DNA of 64,000 nucleotides from the human T2T-CHM13v2.0 reference genome, Homo sapiens, in the NCBI RefSeq assembly GCF_009914755.1, contig NC_060933.1, one strand, 5' to 3'. The notes beneath the pieces were generated by a model. It ran no database searches. It was not told where the DNA came from and worked only from the letters and a program-made list of their open reading frames with translations. Both the position numbers and the translations under genes were made by a program. Positions 58,720-64,000 of this stretch are shown one piece after another; position 1 is the first letter of the stretch, and each line of letters opens with the position of its first letter.

Positions 58720-61700
58720 TTCCGGATGATTCCATTCCATTGCATTCCATTCCATTCCATTCCCATGCACTCGGGTTGATTCCATTCCATTCCATTCCAT
58801 TCCATTCCATTCCATTCCATTCCGTTCCATTCCATTCCATTCCATTCTATTCTGGTTAATTCCATTCCATTCCTTTCGATTCCATTCCATTCCATTCCAT
58901 TCCATTGCAATCGAGTTGATTCCATTCCATTCCATTCCATTCCGTTCCGGATGATTCCATTCCATTCCATTCCATTCCATTCCATTCCCCTGCAGTTGGG
59001 TTGATTCCATTCCATTCCATTCCATTCCATTCCATTCCATTCCATTCCATTCCATTCCATTCCATTCCGTTCCATTCCATTCCATTCCCTTCTATTCGGG
59101 TTAATTCCATTTCATTCCATTCCATTCCATTCCATTCCATTCTATCGAGTTGATTCCATTCAATGCCATTCCATTCCATTCCACTCCATTCCAGTCCTTT
59201 CCATTCCATTACACTCGGGTTGATTCCATTCTATTCCTTTCCATTCCATTCCATTCCATTGCAATCGAGTTGATTCCATTGCTTTGCATTCCATTCCATT
59301 CCATTCCATTCCGGATGATTCCATTCCATTGCATTCCTTTCCATTCCATTCCCTTGCACTCGGGTTGATTCCATTCCATTCCACTCCATTCCTTTCCATT
59401 CCATTCCATTCCATTCCATTGTATTCGGGTTAATTCCATTCCATTCCATTCCATTCCATTCCATTCCATTCCATTCCAATCGAGTTGATTCCATTCCATT
59501 CCATTCCATTCCATTCCATTCCATTCCATTCCAGTCCTTTCCATTCCATTCCACCCGTGTTGATTCCATTCTATTCATTTCCATTCCATTCCATTCCATT
59601 GCAATCGTGTTGATTCCATTGTTTTGCATTCCATTCCATTCCATTCCGGATGATTCCATTCCATTGCATTCCGTTAAATTACATTCCCTTGCACTCGGGT
59701 TGATACCATTCCATTCCATTCCATTCCATTACATTGCGGATGATTCCATTCCATTGCATTCCATTCCATTCCATTCCCCTGCACTCGGGTTGATTACATT
59801 CCATTTCCTTCCCTTCCATTCCTTTCCATTCCATTCCATTCCATTCTATTCGGGTGAATTCCATTCCATTCCATTCCATTCCATTCCATTCCATTCCATT
59901 CCGTTCCGTTCCATTCCATTCCATTCCATTCTATTCGGGTTAATTCCTTTCCATTCCATTCGATTGCAATCGTGTTGATTCCATTCCATTCCATTCCGTT
60001 CCATTCCATTCCATTCCTTTCCATTCCATTACGGATGATTCCATTCCATCGCATTCCATTCCATTCCATTCCCCTGTACTCGGGTTGATTCCATTCCATT
60101 GCATTCCAATCCATGCCCTTCCACTCGTGTTGATTCCATTCTTTCCATTCCATTCAAGTTGATTCCATTCCATTGCATTCCATTCCATTCGATTCCATTC
60201 GATTGCACTCGGGTTGATTCCATTCCATTGCATTCCATTCCATTCCATTCCATTCCATTCCATTCCATTCCAATCCATTCCGTTCCATTCCATTCCATTA
60301 CATTCGGATTGATTCTATTCAATTCCCTTACACTCCATTACATTCCATTCCATTCAGGTAGTTTCCATTCCATTCCATTCCATTCCTCTCCATTCCATTG
60401 CACTCGGGTTGATTCCATTCCATTGCATTCCATTCCATTCCATTCAATTCCATTCCGTTCCATTCCATTCCATTACATTCGGATTGATTCTATTCAACTC
60501 CCTTACTCTCCATTACATTCCATTCCGTTCGGGTTGTTCCATTCCATTCCATTCCATTCGACTCCATTCCATTGCACTCGGGTTGATTCCATTCCATTCC
60601 ATTCCATTCCATTCCATTCCGGATGATTCCATTCCACTGCATTCCGTTCCATTACATTCCCCTGCACTCGGGTTGATACCATTCCATTCCATTCCATTCC
60701 ATTCCATTCCATTCCATTCCGGATGATTCCATTCCATTGCATTCCATTCCATTGCATTCCCCTGCACTCGGGTTGATTCCATTCCATTCCATTCCATTCC
60801 ATTCCATTCCATTCCATTCCGTTCCATTCCATTCCATTCCATTCTATTCTGGTTAATTCCATTCCATTCCTTTCGATTCCATTCCATTCCATTCCATTCC
60901 ATTGCAATCGAGTTGATTCCATTCCATTCCATTCCATTCCGTTCCGGATGATTCCATTCCATTCCATTCCATTCCATTCCATTCCCCTGCAGTTGGGTTG
61001 ATTCCATTCCATTCCATTCCATTCCTTTCCATTCCATTCCATTCCATTCCGTTCCATTCCATTCCATTCCCTTCTATTCGGATTAATTCCATTTCATTCC
61101 ATTCCATTCCATTCCATTCCATTCCATTCCATTCCAATCGAGTTGATTCCATTCCATTCCATTCCATTCCATTCCACTCCATTCCAGTCCTTTCCATTCC
61201 ATTACACTCGGGTTGATTCCATTCTATTCCTTTCCATTCCATTCCATTCCATTGCAATCGAGTTGATTCCATTGCTTTGCATTCCATTCCATTCCATTCC
61301 ATTCCGGATGATTCCATTCCATTGCATTCCTTTCCATTCCATTCCCTTGCACTCGGGTTGATTCCATTCCATTCCATTCCACTCCATTCCGTTCCATTCC
61401 ATTCCATTCCATTCCATTGTATTCGGGTTAATTCCATTCCATTCCATTCCATTCCATTCCATTCCAATCGAGTTGATTGCATTCCATTCCATTCCATTCC
61501 ATTCCATTCCATTCCATTCCAGTCCTTTCCATTCCATTCCACTCGTGTTGATTCCATTCTATTCATTTCCATTCCATTCCATTCCATTGCAATCGTGTTG
61601 ATTCCATTGTTTTGCATTCCATTCCATTCCATTCCATTCCATTCCGGATGATTCCATTCCATTGCATTCCGTTAAATTACATTCCCCTGCACTCGGGTTG

Positions 61701-62620
61701 ATACCATTCCATTCCATTCCATTCCATTCCATTCCGGATGATTCCATTCCATTGCATTCCATTCCATTCCATTCCCCTGCACTCGGGTTGATTACATTCC
61801 ATTTCCTTCCCTTCCATTCCTTTCCATTCCATTCCATTCCATTCTATTCGGGTGAATTCCATTCCATTCCATTCCATTCTATTCCATTCCATTCCATTCC
61901 ATTCCGTTCCGTTCCGTTGCGTTCCATTCCATTCCATTCCATTCTATTCGGGTTAATTCCTTTCCATTCCATTCGATTGCAATCGTGTTGATTCCATTCC
62001 ATTCCATTCCGTTCCATTCCATTCCATTCCATTCCTTTCCATTCCATTACGGATGATTCCATTCCAATGCATTCCCTTCCATTCCATTCCCCTGTACTCG
62101 GGTTGATTCCATTCCATTGCATTCCAATCCATGCCCTTCCACTCGTGTTGATTCCATTCTTTCCATTCCATTCAAGTTGATTCCATTCCATTGCATTCCA
62201 TTCCATTCGATTCCATTCGATTGCACTCGGGTTGATTCCATTCCATTGCATTCCATTCCATTCCATTCCATTCCATTCCATTCCAATCCATTCCGTTCTA
62301 TTCCATTCCATTACATTCGGATTGATTCTATTCAATTCCCTTACACTCCATTACATTCCATTCCATTCCGGTAGTTTCCATTCCATTCCATTCCATTCCT
62401 CTCCATTCCATTGCACTCGGGTTGATTCCATTCCATTGCATTCCATTCCATTCCATTCAATTCCATTCCGTTCCTTTCCATTCCATTACATTCGGATTGA
62501 TTCTATTCAACTCCCTTACTCTCCATTACATTCCATTCCGTTCGGGTTGTTCCATTCCATTCCATTCCATTCCACTCCATTCCATTGCACTCGGGTTGAT
62601 TCCATTCCATTCCATTCCAT
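58720..62620 (+). repeat. About 2.0 kb tandem duplication (2 copies, junction near 60620-60720)
   Basis: Shared rare variants at offsets of 1982-2018 bp: CTATTCTGGTTAA 58847/60844, GCAGTTGGGTTG, CTATTCATTTCC 59571/61559, CCGTTAAATTAC 59671/61669, CGGGTGAATTCC 59851/61849, CAAGTTGATTCC 60155/62173. Confidence 0.88.
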
Positions 62621-64000
62621 TCCATTCCAGAAAATTCCATTCCATTGCATTCCATTCCATTCCATTCCCCTGCACTCGCGTTGATTCCATTCCATTCCAT
62701 TCCATTCCATTCCATTCCATTCCATTCCTTTCCGTTCCATTCCATTCCATTCCATTCCATTCCATTCCATTCCATTCCGGAAAATTCCATTCCATTGCAT
62801 TCCATTCCATTCAATTCCCCTGCACTCCCGTTGATTGCATTCCATTCCATTCCATTCCATTCCATTCCATTCCATTCCATTCCACTCGTGTTGATTCCAT
62901 TCCTTTCCATTCCATTCGGTTTGAAGGCATTCCATTCCATTCCATTGCATTCCATTCCATTCCATTCCATTCCATTCCATTCCATTCCATTCCATTGTAC
63001 TCGGGTTGATTCCATTCCATTGCATTCCATTCCATTCCATTCCATTACATTCCGTTGCATTCCATTCCATTACATTCGGATTGATTCTATTCAACTCCCT
63101 TACTCTCCATTACATTCCATTCCATTCGGGTTGTTCCATTCCATTCCATTCCATTCCACTCCATTCCATTGCACTAGGGTTGATTCCATTCCATTCCATT
63201 CCATTCCATTCCGGATGATTCCATTCCATTGCATTCCGTTCCATTACATTCCCCTGCACTCGCGTTGATTCCATTCCATTCCATTGAATTCCATTCCATT
63301 ATAATTCGTTCCATTCCATTCTATTCCGTACCATTCCATTCCATTCCATACCATTGCATTCCATTCCATTCCATTCTATTCCGTTCCATTGCGTTCCATT
63401 GCATTCCATTCCATTCTATTCGGGTTTATTCCATTCCATTCCATTCCATTCCATTCTATTCCATTCCATTGCAATCGAGTTGAATCCATTGCATTTCATT
63501 CCATTCCATTCCATTCCATTCCATTCCATTCCACTCGAGTTGATTTCATTCCATTCCTTTCCATTCCATTCCATTCGTTTCCACTCGAGTTGATTCCATT
63601 CCATTCCATTCCATTGCATTCCATTCCATGCCATTCCTCTCGGGTTGATTCCATTCCATTCCATTCCATTCCATTCCATTCCATTCCATTCCATTCCATT
63701 GCATTCCATTCCATTCCTTTCCCCTACACTCGGGTTGATTCCATTCCATTCCATTCCATTTAATTCCATTCCATTCCATTCCATTCCATTCCAATCCGTT
63801 CCATTCCATTCCATTCTATTCCACTGCAATCGACTTGATTCCATTCCATTCCATTCCATTACATTCCATTCCATTACATTCCATTCCATTTTGTTCCAAT
63901 CCATTCTATTCCGAACCATTCCATTCCATTCAATTCCATTCCATTCCTTTCCATTCCATGCCATTCCACTCGGGTTGATTCCATTCCTTTCCATTCCATT

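Larger units (their letters stand above)
1392..62788. promoter_or_regulatory. Dispersed set of about 40 perfect 15-bp heat-shock-element matches (nTTCnnGAAnnTTCn), consensus ATTCCGGAAGATTCC
   Basis: 15-mers start at 1392, 1872, 4099, 4419, 6259, 7113, 7885, 10601, 11344, 12128, 12308, 12822, 13670, 17036, 17141, 17974, 20786, 22053, 22896, 23960, 25459, 26127, 26790, 27578, 29366, 32970, 34198, 37437, 39135, 41702, 42690, 44412, 47143, 50009, 51181, 55019, 55862, 57711, 62624, 62774. The motif match is read directly; function is inferred. Confidence 0.6.
1..64000 (+). repeat. Satellite III (HSat3) array, (CATTC)n on + strand, pericentromeric heterochromatin type
   Basis: Continuous ATTCC pentamers from the first to the last base. 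They are interrupted by ACTCGGGTTG / ACTCGTGTTG / ACTCGCGTTG / AATCGAGTTG spacers, matching the established SatIII consensus (GGAAT)n-CAAC(C/A)CGAGT on the - strand. Longest pure runs seen are about 12-13 pentamers (e.g. 59004-59068). Orientation is the same throughout. Confidence 0.98.

Noticed and set aside
8-63994. Hundreds of ORFs of 60-410 aa on both strands
   Set aside because: (ATTCC)n and (GGAAT)n contain no stop codon in any frame, so long overlapping ORFs are expected. The products are HSIPF/MEWNG repeats with no domain or gene structure.
1-64000. CRISPR-like repeat-spacer pattern
   Set aside because: The apparent spacers are recurrent satellite variants, not unique sequences. There is no constant repeat/spacer length and no cas gene.
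1-64000. HSat2, DYZ1 (Yq12), alpha satellite or telomeric repeat identity
   Set aside because: Lacks the CATTCGATTC/GATGAT-dominated HSat2 unit, a regular 3.6-kb DYZ1 period, 171-bp alphoid monomers and TTAGGG. The ACTCGGGTTG spacer identifies SatIII.
1-64000. Strand inversion or inserted Alu/L1/unique sequence
   Set aside because: No (GGAAT)n run on the + strand, no poly(A) tail or target-site duplication, and no stretch that leaves the pentamer framework.
1-64000. Definite assignment to human chr9q12 (HSat3B5)
   Set aside because: Plausible from the spacer type, but other chromosomes and great apes carry related arrays. It needs subfamily k-mer classification or alignment, which I cannot run.
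1-64000. G-quadruplex / i-motif potential
   Set aside because: Tracts are mostly GG/CC with isolated GGG or CCCC, so no canonical four-tract motif. The known G-A mismatch fold of (GGAAT)n is generic to the family and not specific to this window.

Overview
The whole 64 kb window is one uninterrupted block of classical human-type Satellite III (HSat3). It consists of (ATTCC/CATTC)n pentamers on the + strand, (GGAAT)n on the - strand, broken every few dozen bases by the diagnostic spacer ACTCGGGTTG (reverse complement CAACCCGAGT) and its variants. I see no gene, RNA gene, transposon, CRISPR array or strand inversion. All ORFs in the track are artefacts of a stop-poor pentamer (poly-HSIPF / poly-MEWNG). 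The array has no single regular higher-order repeat. It is a shuffled mosaic of about ten rigid variant modules joined by length-variable pure pentamer runs, overlaid with recent direct duplications at 40 bp to 6.5 kb spacing. The most interesting signals are: (i) about 40 perfect three-unit heat-shock elements (aTTCc-gGAAg-aTTCc) carried by one module; (ii) a 5-bp register that slips in only one direction (about 106 shifts, all -1 or -2); (iii) a recurrent 14-bp perfect palindrome; (iv) an almost invariant 175-bp spacing between two paralogous modules. I found no evidence of a new protein-coding system. Species and chromosome cannot be proven from the window; a 9q12-like HSat3 array is plausible. 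All counts were made by eye and should be re-run computationally.
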